In this document: piece after piece, positions 1 to 10,527 of the stretch
How positions within the stretch are numbered: position 1 is the first letter of the stretch
Layout of the letters: every line of letters begins with the position of its first letter
Assembly: GCA_963785235.1 (NCBI GenBank)
Contig: CAWAUM010000002.1
Span: 257,308 to 321,307, forward strand
Direction of reading: 5' to 3'
DNA: 64,000 nucleotides
Source of the DNA: an uncultured delta proteobacterium
GTDB lineage: Bacteria; Desulfobacterota; Desulfomonilia; UBA1062
The notes under the pieces: model-generated
Database searches by the model: none
What the model saw: only the letters and a program-made list of their open reading frames with translations
What the model was told of the DNA's origin: nothing
Made by a program: the position numbers and the translations under genes

Positions 1-243
1 AAGAAACAGGGGATCAACCCCAACAGGAAGAGCGCCCACTACACAATACAGGCGCCGTTTGAAGGCTCGGACAGGCAGGTGAGGGGTGCGATCCTCAGGC
101 TTCTTCTCACAAAAGATACTATTACCGAGAAAAAGCTCATTGGCCTTTTAGGTATAAACCAAGACCGTGCTGAGAATATCCTCACAAGCCTTGAGAAAGA
201 CGATTTCATTGACCGTTCTGGGCCGGAGATCCATATTAAGTGA
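1..243 (+). CDS. C-terminal part of a short-form A/G-specific adenine glycosylase (MutY-like), cut by the window edge
   Basis: Frame 1 reads KKQGINPNRKSAHYTIQAPFEGSDRQVRGAILRLL...IHIK*. The NPNR.SAHY..Q..FEGS.RQ.RG motif is typical of short MutY C-termini. Confidence 0.7.
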   Translation, partial: KKQGINPNRKSAHYTIQAPFEGSDRQVRGAILRLLLTKDTITEKKLIGLLGINQDRAENILTSLEKDDFIDRSGPEIHIK

Positions 244-282
244 AATATATCATGCGCTGATAGTTTATTTGAGGAGTAGGTC

Positions 283-2007
283 GTGGCTGGGATTTCTTTG
301 TATGTAAAGGCAAAATGGACTGCCAAGGATTCTTCTGAGAGCCTGCTTTATAGCATAATCATTTGCCTGGTACTTATCGTGGCCATTTGCATTGTTTATG
401 GACAGGTTCTTGGTTTCGGGTTCATCAATCTCGATGATCCAGGATATGTTAGTGGAAATGATATTGTCAAACAGGGAATAACTACCGACGGAATCAGGTG
501 GGCATATTCAACCTTTCACAAGGCAAACTGGCACCCAGTGACCTGGATCTCGCATATGCTCGATGTTCAATTTTTCGGAATGAACCCGGGCATGCATCAC
601 CTGACCAATGTGATCTTCCACATTCTCAATGCTCTCTTGCTGTTTTTTGTTTTGAAGAGGATGACCGGGACATTGTGGAGGAGCGCTGCCGTTGCTGGCC
701 TTTTTGCCCTGCACCCTTTGCATGTAGAGTCGGTTGTTTGGATCTCTGAACGCAAGGATGTGCTGAGCACTTTTTTCTGGCTGCTCACCATGGCGGGCTA
801 CCTATGGTATGTGCAGCAATGCACTGTTCGCAGATATCTTGTTGTAGTTCTGTTCTTTGTCCTAGGGCTTTTGTCGAAACCCATGCTGGTGACGTTGCCT
901 TTTGTATTAGTGCTTTTGGATTTCTGGCCCTTGAAGCGCTGGGAACCCTATATACAAGGAAACATCGGCAATGATCCTGGCAAAAGGACATTGAGGTCCA
1001 GGTATAAACAACAAGTATTACCAATCTTTATCGCCGAGAAGATACCACTCATTGTACTTTCAACGGTATCAAGCATCGTTACTTTTTATGCACAGAAAAG
1101 TGGTGGTGCGGTGGGTTCTGTTGATAGCTTCGCCATAGGAACAAGACTGGCCAACGCTATTACATCCTATGCGGCTTATCTAGATAAGATGGTTAGGCCA
1201 TACAATCTAGCCGTTTTCTACCCATACACGGATACCTTCAGTTTCATCACAGTGTCGCTGTCTGCCTTGCTTCTCATTCTCATAACGACTGCTGTCATCC
1301 TTGCAGTAAAAGAGAAGCCGTATCTTTTTGTTGGATGGTTCTGGTATCTCGGAACTCTCTTTCCGGTCATCGGAATTGTGCAGGTTGGATCCCAGTCCAT
1401 GGCGGACAGGTACACATATATTCCGCTTATTGGAGTATTTGTGATGATTGTATGGGGCATTGTTGATTTCCTCAGTCGGCAGCGATATGGGAAGACCGTT
1501 CTTAGAACGGTTATTCTTGTTTTTCCACTATTCATATGGGTTTCCTGGGTCCAGGTTGGTTTGTGGAAGAACAGTGAAACCCTATTCATGCATGCGCTTG
1601 ATGTAACGAGAAACAATTATCTAATACACTACAACTTAGGAATTACCCTCTACGAACAAGGGAATGTCGATGGTGCTATGAGAGAATACCAAGCGTCCTT
1701 GCAAATAAAACCTGATTTTACAGAAGCCCATAATAATCTTGGGACTATATTGTTGCTTAAGGGGTATCCTGATGAAACTATCAGGCATTATCGAGAATCA
1801 TTGAGGATAAATTCTCATCAAACAGATACATATAATAATCTTGGTGCCGCCTATTTTCGAAAAGGGAATATCCCAATAGCAATAGAATGCTTTCAGGCGG
1901 CTATTCGCGAAAAATCGGATAATGCTAGTGCGATAAAGAATCTCGAGATTGCTAGAACAGCCCAGAAAAAGCCTGTGGGTTTGAATCAAAGGATCAAAGA
2001 TAAATAA
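283..2007 (+). CDS. TMTC-like membrane glycosyltransferase (GT-C) with C-terminal TPR repeats
   Basis: Motifs NLDDPGYV, NWHPVTWISHMLD, HPLHVESVVWISERKD, SKPMLVTLP and ADRYTYIP; multiple TM helices; TPRs (AHNNLG, TYNNLG). Confidence 0.85.
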   Translation: MAGISLYVKAKWTAKDSSESLLYSIIICLVLIVAICIVYGQVLGFGFINLDDPGYVSGNDIVKQGITTDGIRWAYSTFHKANWHPVTWISHMLDVQFFGMNPGMHHLTNVIFHILNALLLFFVLKRMTGTLWRSAAVAGLFALHPLHVESVVWISERKDVLSTFFWLLTMAGYLWYVQQCTVRRYLVVVLFFVLGLLSKPMLVTLPFVLVLLDFWPLKRWEPYIQGNIGNDPGKRTLRSRYKQQVLPIFIAEKIPLIVLSTVSSIVTFYAQKSGGAVGSVDSFAIGTRLANAITSYAAYLDKMVRPYNLAVFYPYTDTFSFITVSLSALLLILITTAVILAVKEKPYLFVGWFWYLGTLFPVIGIVQVGSQSMADRYTYIPLIGVFVMIVWGIVDFLSRQRYGKTVLRTVILVFPLFIWVSWVQVGLWKNSETLFMHALDVTRNNYLIHYNLGITLYEQGNVDGAMREYQASLQIKPDFTEAHNNLGTILLLKGYPDETIRHYRESLRINSHQTDTYNNLGAAYFRKGNIPIAIECFQAAIREKSDNASAIKNLEIARTAQKKPVGLNQRIKDK

Positions 2008-2066
2008 AGATCAATTGTCCTTTCTATCCGTTGATGTTGATTTGACAAAAAAGGTGTGCAGTAACG

Positions 2067-2108
2067 TGCCCCCGGCAGGAATCGGACCTGCGACACCAGG
2101 ATTAGGAA
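2067..2108 (-). repeat. att site: exact 42-bp duplicate of the 3' portion of tRNA-Arg(CCT)
   Basis: TGCCCCCGGCAGGAATCGGACCTGCGACACCAGGATTAGGAA is identical to 10322-10363. Confidence 0.95.
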
Positions 2109-2212
2109 AACTTCACATCATCCACAAAATCAGCTAACCTATCGAATTTCCTTTGTTGTTGCTTTAGCCTGTTGGCTTAAAATCGGCCTAAAGAGTCTAG
2201 TTTTTCAACAAT

Positions 2213-2235
2213 TCACCCATAACAGTCACCCATAA
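2213..2235 (+). repeat. Tandem TCACCCATAA repeats, candidate integrase arm-type sites
   Basis: Copies at 2213-2222 and 2226-2235 (13-bp period); a related pair lies at 10263-10272 and 10276-10285. Confidence 0.55.
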
Positions 2236-2246
2236 GGAGGAGAACC

Positions 2247-3020
2247 ATGTCGTATAAAAACACTCTTCAAAAAGTGGACACAGAAAAGGCTTTATCGCTT
2301 ATCGGAATTGAGTATCAGACCCAGGGAGCTTATGTCAAGTTCCCCTGTCCCAACTGCAAGGAACAAGCTGTTATCAAAGCATATGGAGACAAGAAGAATC
2401 TGTATTACTGCCCAAAATGCAAACTTAGCGGCCATATCATATCCCTTGTCATGAAGACTAAGGATATTGAATGGCAGGAAGCTGATCTACTCCTTTCCAA
2501 GACACAGGAAACAGCCAAGAAGATCACTCAAGAACTCACCATGAAATATGAGCTCCAGTATGACAAATATCTTGAAAACATCGGCTTAACTGAGAAATTC
2601 TGTAGAGACTACGAAATCGGTGTACCCAAAGGGAAGACGATGCTTGCTGGGTGCGTGGCGTTCACGGTCAAAGATGAAACTGGGTTAAAGGTGGCCTATT
2701 ACGGGATAAAGATGAAGGACAGGAAGCCAATGTTCCATAAGTCATTCAATCCTGAACTCTACCTGTACAACTTGTGCAATATCAATCCGGGTGAAATGAA
2801 AGAACCTGTCTACTTCACCACTGACATCTTAAAATGTGTCAGGATGATTCAAGAGGGCAAACAGTGTATCTCAAGCTTCGGCCTCCCATATCTCTCGAAT
2901 TATCATATCGAGCTTCTACAGAGTATCGAACACATAGTCTTCAAGGTTGATGCCGAGCTTATTAAGCCTATAGCTATTCAGCTTTCTGAAAGCCGTAAGG
3001 GATTCTATTATTTCGAATAA
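2247..3020 (+). CDS. Zinc-finger DNA primase-like protein (CHC2-type zinc finger plus degenerate Toprim-like region)
   Basis: CPNC...YYCPKC..SGHIISLV zinc finger and primase-like core (Y.IG...G..ML.G.VAF.V.D..G..VAY.G); AGGAG RBS. Confidence 0.65.
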   Translation: MSYKNTLQKVDTEKALSLIGIEYQTQGAYVKFPCPNCKEQAVIKAYGDKKNLYYCPKCKLSGHIISLVMKTKDIEWQEADLLLSKTQETAKKITQELTMKYELQYDKYLENIGLTEKFCRDYEIGVPKGKTMLAGCVAFTVKDETGLKVAYYGIKMKDRKPMFHKSFNPELYLYNLCNINPGEMKEPVYFTTDILKCVRMIQEGKQCISSFGLPYLSNYHIELLQSIEHIVFKVDAELIKPIAIQLSESRKGFYYFE

Positions 3021-3029
3021 CTCATAAGA

Positions 3030-3066
3030 AAAAGGGAGAGTATCACAATGTGATTCTCTCCCTTTT
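3030..3066 (+). terminator. Intrinsic terminator-like hairpin
   Basis: AAAAGGGAGAG-TATCACAATGTGAT-TCTCTCCCTTTT inverted repeat just after the primase-like gene. Confidence 0.65.
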
Positions 3067-3361
3067 AAATTTGATCTGAAATTTGTGGAGTCTTATATGT
3101 TGCATATTCCACGTGGAACAATGTTAAGACTACCAGTTAATATCCCAATTATTATAGGATATCTTTGTACAAACCCTTCAGTTAGGCAAATGTTGGTTAT
3201 AGAACATAATCTCTGGTTGAGTGTGTGAACATAGAACAGATGATTTTTATTGCATTATCATCACATTAGCCTATATGAATAGTTCTCCTAAAAATCAATG
3301 GTTGAGATCTAGTGTTCCGCCTTGATTTTACAAGTCTAGATTTTGATGGTAGTGCTTACAT

Positions 3362-3395
3362 AAAAAAGGCAGGGTTTTAAAATAGCCCCTGCCTT
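3362..3395 (-). terminator. Terminator downstream of the peroxiredoxin gene
   Basis: AAGGCAGGG...CCCTGCCTT stem followed by a T-run on the minus strand. Confidence 0.6.
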
Positions 3396-3420
3396 CATTC
3401 GGGTCGATTATAAATTAGTA

Positions 3421-4140
3421 TCAGTCAAATGCCATGGAAGTCTTCCAGACTTCCCAAACCTTCCCGACAAGATCCGGTCCAGGTTTGAGTGTTAATTTAC
3501 CTGGTCTCCATCCTGATGGTGTTGCTTCGGTCCCTTTGCTGTTTCTTACAAGCTGAAATGCCTGGATCTGCCTTAGTGTCTCATTTACATTTCTTCCCAC
3601 CGGTGGGGTAAGTACTTCATAACCCTGTATCACACCATCGGGATCGATAAGGAACCGCCCACGCATCTCTACCCCAGCATCAGGATCGTAGACATTATAG
3701 ACACTGCCCACTCTCCCACCTGAATCGGATAGCATGGCAAAAGGGACACCATCCTTAACCATTTTAGAAAGCTCATGATCATTCCACATCTTGTGGACGA
3801 AGACGCTGTCAATGCTCATGGAAAAGACCTCGACACCAAGCTTCTGGAACTCACCGTATTTCTCGGCAACTGCCGAGATCTCAGTTGCTCAGACAAAGGT
3901 GAAATCACCCGGGTAGAAACAGAGCACCACCCACTTGCCGAGGGACTCCGAGAGCTTGATCTGTACGAACTTGCCCTTGAGATACGCCGGGGCAGTGAAG
4001 TCCGGGGCCTTACCTCCAACCTTAATCATGATCTTGGTCTCCTTTCTGATACCCTCCTCCAGGGGAGGTGCTGTCTTGGGTTCCTCTCCCACAGGTCCAC
4101 CTGTAGGCCTTGCACATCCTGCCTTGATTTCTTCAGGCAT
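3421..4140 (-). CDS. prxU: Selenocysteine-containing AhpC/Prx1-type peroxiredoxin (PrxU)
   Basis: ORFs 3889-4191 and 3421-3819 are in one frame, separated only by TGA at 3889-3891 in the peroxidatic position (FYPGDFTFV-U-ATE). AGGAG RBS precedes the ATG at 4140. Confidence 0.9.
3861..3878 (-). promoter_or_regulatory. Bacterial SECIS hairpin
   Basis: mRNA reads UGA-GCAACUGAGA-UCUCGGC-AGUU-GCCGAGA: a 7-bp stem with the loop 17 nt after UGA and GU in the loop. Confidence 0.75.
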
Positions 4141-4277
4141 AACTAAACTCCTTTCATTTATTAACAGTCGTTCATCATTCCCTCTAAACAATAGCGCGAT
4201 TGATCTAATTAATAAAATTATCAGTATTATATGACCGTTTTTTCGCCGCCTGTCAGAAGACCTTAAATATGTTTATG

Positions 4278-6485
<2,208 letters not shown>

Positions 6486-6614
6486 CTACTATGAATAATA
6501 GCGTTTCGCTGCCCATATAACTTACATGGATTTGCCCGCCTGCATTCATTTGGCAGGCTAGAAATTCCCTCATCAGTCTTTGGCTTCCCTGCCATTGATT
6601 CCGAATCCTCATTT

Positions 6615-7079
6615 TCACAATTCCTTCTTCTGACACTTGGGACATAGACCGAAAAAGTCGAGGCGATGGGAGAAGATCTTGTACCCTGTTTTAACGCTCA
6701 TCTCCTCGCTGATTTCTCCCAGGTGGACAAGCTTAGGGTCCATGATCTTTTTACATCTCGTGCAGATAACATGGGGATGGGGATAGGGCTTGGTGCCATC
6801 ATAGCGATTGCTCCCGTCTGGAAACCCAAGCTCCAAGACCTCATTTAGGTCCTTGAGCAGCGATACAGTCTTATATACCGTAGCCAGACTTGTAGTAGGA
6901 AACTGAGTCCTCACCTTCTTGTAGATCTCTTCTACATTGGGATGTTCTTCGCTACCGGCCAGAATAGTAAGCACAGCGATTCTCTGCGGTGTTATACGGA
7001 AATCATGGCCCTTAATTTTTGAGAGCATCTGGTCTATTCTATCCTTAGGCGATGATATTTTCCCTTGACGATTCATCAT
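6615..7079 (-). CDS. perR: Fur-family peroxide-responsive regulator (PerR-like)
   Basis: RITPQR, HPNVEEIY, SLATVYKT, HPHVICTRC and C-terminal CPKC; directly upstream of katG. Confidence 0.85.
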   Translation of the reverse strand: MMNRQGKISSPKDRIDQMLSKIKGHDFRITPQRIAVLTILAGSEEHPNVEEIYKKVRTQFPTTSLATVYKTVSLLKDLNEVLELGFPDGSNRYDGTKPYPHPHVICTRCKKIMDPKLVHLGEISEEMSVKTGYKIFSHRLDFFGLCPKCQKKEL

Positions 7080-7111
7080 GAAAGTCCGATCTAATGAGGG
7101 TGATTATTTAT

Positions 7112-7126
7112 TAAGAATAATTATTA
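7112..7126 (-). promoter_or_regulatory. Candidate PerR box (autoregulation)
   Basis: TAATAATTATTCTTA matches TTATAATnATTATAA at 11 of 14 positions, about 35 bp upstream of perR; the region is AT-rich, so a chance match is possible. Confidence 0.45.
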
Positions 7127-7282
7127 ATATAATGACCATATTGTGATTTTCAAGATGTCTCTCTCAGATAGTTGGCATCATTGCCCTTATTTGGTTTATA
7201 AATTCCTCGACAACCCTGCCCCTTAATTAGGTAGAATTGGTGAAGCTGGAAGACCAAACATCTAAGTTGTTTGTGGCTCTCT

Positions 7283-7720
7283 TTACTTTAATTGGTCTGC
7301 AATGGCATCATTTAAGGCTTTTTGTGCTTCAAGAAGCTTTTTGTACTTGGAAGTTATTTTAGCCATATTACCAGAAAGAATCGCTTTCAGGAGATCGCCT
7401 TCCAGTTCGGCCACATCGATTCTCCGGTAGTAGTCCATGGTTTCCTTGAGATGGGCCAGAACGATCTTTCCGGTTAGGATGGGATGGTTGTTCGTGACAT
7501 TGGCGTCTTTAAATCTCGTCCCGTGCTCCAGTTCCACCTCCAATCCCATGCGAAAATCTTCGAGAGGTATAGGCATACCCTCAGTATTGACAATAGCGAG
7601 AATTTTAGAGCTCTCTTCTATCGAAACAACCGCTTCAGTCCGTTTTGACCAATCGTCCATCTCAATCTCATCACAAACCCTAGCGACTTCTTTCGCTGTT
7701 ACGTAATCAGGCAATATCAT
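7283..7720 (-). CDS. DUF5661-like protein
   Basis: FRMGLEVELEHG...NVTNNHPILTGKIVLAHLKETMDYY motif. Confidence 0.7.
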   Translation of the reverse strand: MILPDYVTAKEVARVCDEIEMDDWSKRTEAVVSIEESSKILAIVNTEGMPIPLEDFRMGLEVELEHGTRFKDANVTNNHPILTGKIVLAHLKETMDYYRRIDVAELEGDLLKAILSGNMAKITSKYKKLLEAQKALNDAIADQLK

Positions 7721-8473
7721 TTTTTTCTCCTTTCAAAAAAACCTGTGGTCCTGAAATATCTTTCTACGCAGATCTTTACTTAATTGTCTTGATAAGATAG
7801 TGCTTCTTAAAAGAGGATAATCGTTGGTCTTTCCTTAAGTCTGTCGTGTAGAACTTTTTGCGATAGCATCCTAAGAAACATATCATTCACCTCTGTCTTT
7901 TTAATAATGCACAATCCGCAACATTCAAGAGGTGTAGCCTGTTAGATTGATTATGATCCTGGTTGGCCCCAACCGATGATTTCATGCGAGATTGTTGAAA
8001 AACCTCGGCAAGTGTAAAAATAATCAAATTTGGAACATCAAAACACAAGTCTCGATCAAAATTCTCTCGATGTCGTGTGTTCTGTGAGGTCGTTTTTCTG
8101 CCACCAATCATCCATTTGGTTTTTCAACAAACTCTGCCATCAACATGCCCTGATGTGGAGCGCCGTTCAGCATAGGTCCTGACCCATCATCTCTTATCGG
8201 ACCTGAAATGTTTGGTGCCACCAAAAACTTGTATACCTGACCAATTGGTTTCATCAATGCAGGGTTTATTGTGTAATCGCAGAGGCAATAGGTATTGATT
8301 GGCAAACCCCGTATTTGCCATTCTGACATTTATAGCAGTGCCCCTGAGGGCATTTTGTCATTTTGTACCCGTTCATCTCCCGGCAGAAGGCCTTTCTGCC
8401 AAAGTGGCAGTATCGGGGGAAAACCTGTTGATTATTATTGCCTGTTATCAATGAGTTATAAATTATCAGAACC

Positions 8474-8488
8474 TGGCACGCCCCTTGC
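8474..8488 (+). promoter_or_regulatory. sigma54 (-24/-12) promoter
   Basis: TGGCACGCCCCTTGC matches the TGGCAC-N5-TTGC consensus exactly, about 50 bp before the ATG at 8537. Confidence 0.85.
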
Positions 8489-8536
8489 CTTATATAAGCT
8501 AGAAAGAAAAAAACAAACCCCAGGGAGGGCAAGACA

Positions 8537-8713
8537 ATGATGACATTATGGATCGTAATCGGCGCACTGTTCATGACCGGCATAGGGATCAGGTTCACCT
8601 ACAAGGTATTGGGACTCACCCCGGTAGAAGCAAGCGCGGTATTCGTCCTGGTGGTCGCCCTGGTAACCATCAACACCGGCCCGGCACGTGAGATCCTCAT
8701 GAGCCTGTTCTAA
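8537..8713 (+). CDS. 58-aa two-TM membrane protein (below the ORF-track cutoff)
   Basis: MMTLWIVIGALFMTGIGIRFTYKVLGLTPVEASAVFVLVVALVTINTGPAREILMSLF with a GGGAGG RBS. Confidence 0.7.
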   Translation: MMTLWIVIGALFMTGIGIRFTYKVLGLTPVEASAVFVLVVALVTINTGPAREILMSLF

Positions 8714-8754
8714 GGCAGGACTCGATAGAGATAAAAAGGATAAGGAGGAAGGCC

Positions 8755-8994
8755 ATGAAGACAAAGAAAGAAAAGATCGAAAAGGCACTGGCCAACAGGC
8801 TCAGCAGGATAAGCGCATACAGCCTGGTGCTCGTTACGATGACCTTCCTCGGACTCTACGGCGGCATGTATCTGGACAGGGTTCTCGGCATGGCACCCAA
8901 CTTCACGATGGTAGGACTGGTGGCCGGCATAGCACTGGGCTTCAAGGGGTTCATCGAAGAGGTCGTGATCGAGAGAAAGGTAAAGAGGGCTTAG
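8755..8994 (+). CDS. AtpZ/AtpI (ATPase_gene1)-family small membrane protein
   Basis: GLYGGMYLDRVLGMAPNFTMVGLVAGIALGF pattern; AGGAGG RBS. Confidence 0.75.
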   Translation: MKTKKEKIEKALANRLSRISAYSLVLVTMTFLGLYGGMYLDRVLGMAPNFTMVGLVAGIALGFKGFIEEVVIERKVKRA

Positions 8995-8996
8995 CC

Positions 8997-9101
8997 ATGA
9001 CAGTCATCTTTGTAACCATCGGCTTCACAACATTCCTGGCCCTGACTGCACGGTTCTTGAAACGAGCAGAGCATGCTCCCAGGACAGTGCACAACCGGTA
9101 A
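8997..9101 (+). CDS. 34-aa single-TM peptide
   Basis: MTVIFVTIGFTTFLALTARFLKRAEHAPRTVHNR starts 2 nt after the previous stop and ends before a terminator. Confidence 0.45.
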   Translation: MTVIFVTIGFTTFLALTARFLKRAEHAPRTVHNR

Positions 9102-9157
9102 TCAAACAGGACACGTCTACTTTACAGCGTATTTCCTCCCCAGGTAAAATCCATATA

Positions 9158-9192
9158 ACACACCGCGGCCCCTAAAGGGTCGTGTTTTTTAT
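9158..9192 (+). terminator. Terminator of the plus-strand mini-operon
   Basis: CGCGGCCC-CTAAA-GGGTCGTG hairpin followed by a T-run. Confidence 0.6.
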
Positions 9193-9210
9193 TCAACTGA
9201 TTATCCCGCT

Positions 9211-9248
9211 AAAAGCAACGGGCCGCCTGTAGTGGGCGGCCCGCTTTC
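9211..9248 (-). terminator. Terminator of the minus-strand mini-operon
   Basis: CGGGCCGCC-TGTAGTG-GGCGGCCCG stem flanked by A and T runs. Confidence 0.6.
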
Positions 9249-9295
9249 ATGATGCATCTTCTAGATGTTTTTTGATGGCTCTCTTGATGTATTGA

Positions 9296-9559
9296 CTAAG
9301 ACTGGAACCTTACTCTTCTTTTATTCAACTCATCCTTGGCCTTTGTGTAGTCCGTGTACATCCGTCCTATGCACAGAGAGAGTCCCAGCATGAACAGTCC
9401 AAGCATGAAGGTCGGTTCCGTGTTGAACTTTACATCGATCCACCGGCCTGCGAACATGAACAGGAATGAGGAGATAACCAGGGTGAAGCTCCATGCGCTC
9501 AGCAGTATGATCTGATTCAGCGTCTTTGTCTGGAGTTTGTTTCTTCGTACCCTTTTCAT
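9296..9559 (-). CDS. Second AtpZ/AtpI-family small membrane protein
   Basis: FMFAGRWIDVKFNTEPTFMLGLFMLGL pattern; AGGAG RBS. Confidence 0.75.
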   Translation of the reverse strand: MKRVRRNKLQTKTLNQIILLSAWSFTLVISSFLFMFAGRWIDVKFNTEPTFMLGLFMLGLSLCIGRMYTDYTKAKDELNKRRVRFQS

Positions 9560-9590
9560 GGCCTCTCCTCCTTTATAGGTTATGATCTTC

Positions 9591-9866
9591 TTAGCTGATC
9601 ATGCCTTTTACTGCTTCAAGGACCGGAGCAGTGAACAGGGCCACGAGCACGGCATACAGTGCGAAAGATCCGATTGCCTCACTCATGTATATCTTCTCAT
9701 AGCGATACTTCAAAGAGATGATGGTGAGCCCGCCCATGATCAGACAACCAAGGTGGAAGTACGGTAAGCTGTTGCCGCCGGAAACTGCTGTTGCTGCAAA
9801 AGCAAACGTGCCAGTGATCATTACCACGAACATTGCTACGATTATTGTCTGGATTGTCCTTTTCAT
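9591..9866 (-). CDS. Small membrane protein with signal peptide, resembling 8537-8713
   Basis: MKRTIQ...AFA signal peptide then two TM helices sharing an EA...F.L...LV...T.P..E pattern; GGAGG RBS. Confidence 0.7.
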   Translation of the reverse strand: MKRTIQTIIVAMFVVMITGTFAFAATAVSGGNSLPYFHLGCLIMGGLTIISLKYRYEKIYMSEAIGSFALYAVLVALFTAPVLEAVKGMIS

Positions 9867-9905
9867 TGTCTGACCTCCACTTTGTTTTTTTATACTATTT
9901 ATAAG

Positions 9906-9920
9906 GCATACATTGTGCCA
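9906..9920 (-). promoter_or_regulatory. sigma54 promoter
   Basis: TGGCACAATGTATGC on the minus strand, 40 bp before the ATG at 9866. Confidence 0.75.
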
Positions 9921-10321
9921 ACTCTGTGGCATGTGAGCATAATACCTTTCATCATATTGTTAATATTGATTATTAGATGAATTTCCATTCATCTGAGATC
10001 CGGTAGAAACATATAAAAACCATGATTCATTCGATGGAATGTTCAAAGGGATTGAATGAAACGTGTGAAATGCAGGACAACAAGTTGAATAAGAGTCCCT
10101 CGAGGGTCGACATTGATTAAGACCGTGAAAGTCCTCTAAAACGAAAATATCGCAAATCTCACTTCAAGGTTAAAACCCTTGTCTCAAGCTTTTAAAAAAT
10201 CAGTGAGCCTTAAAAAATCATCACTCCATAAAACCAAGCCAGAAGCTACTTTACAACGGAAGTACCTCATAGATTTCACCCATGTTGCATGTGTAAGACA
10301 CACTAAACCCTTTATAGATCA

Positions 10322-10394
10322 TGCCCCCGGCAGGAATCGGACCTGCGACACCAGGATTAGGAATCCTGTGCTCTATCCACTGAGCTACGGGGGC
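10322..10394 (-). tRNA. tRNA-Arg(CCT), CCA not encoded
   Basis: GCCCCCG acceptor stem, TAGCTCAGTGGATAGAGC D-arm, CAGGA-TTCCTAA-TCCTG anticodon arm and GCAGG-TCCGATT-CCTGC T-arm. Confidence 0.95.
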
Positions 10395-10527
10395 ATTGGG
10401 CCTTAATTAACTGCCCGGCCGGATCTAGTCAAGGAGAAAATGGGCATGAAATATAGGCCTTGGCAGGCCCTGGGCAGGTGTTTCGGTCTTGTGCGGCAAG
10501 CGCTGTTGCGCTATAGCCTTCTGTGCA

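Noticed and set aside
7740-8330. Possible integrase remnant inside the island
   Set aside because: Short AT-rich ORFs with no recognisable tyrosine or serine recombinase motifs.
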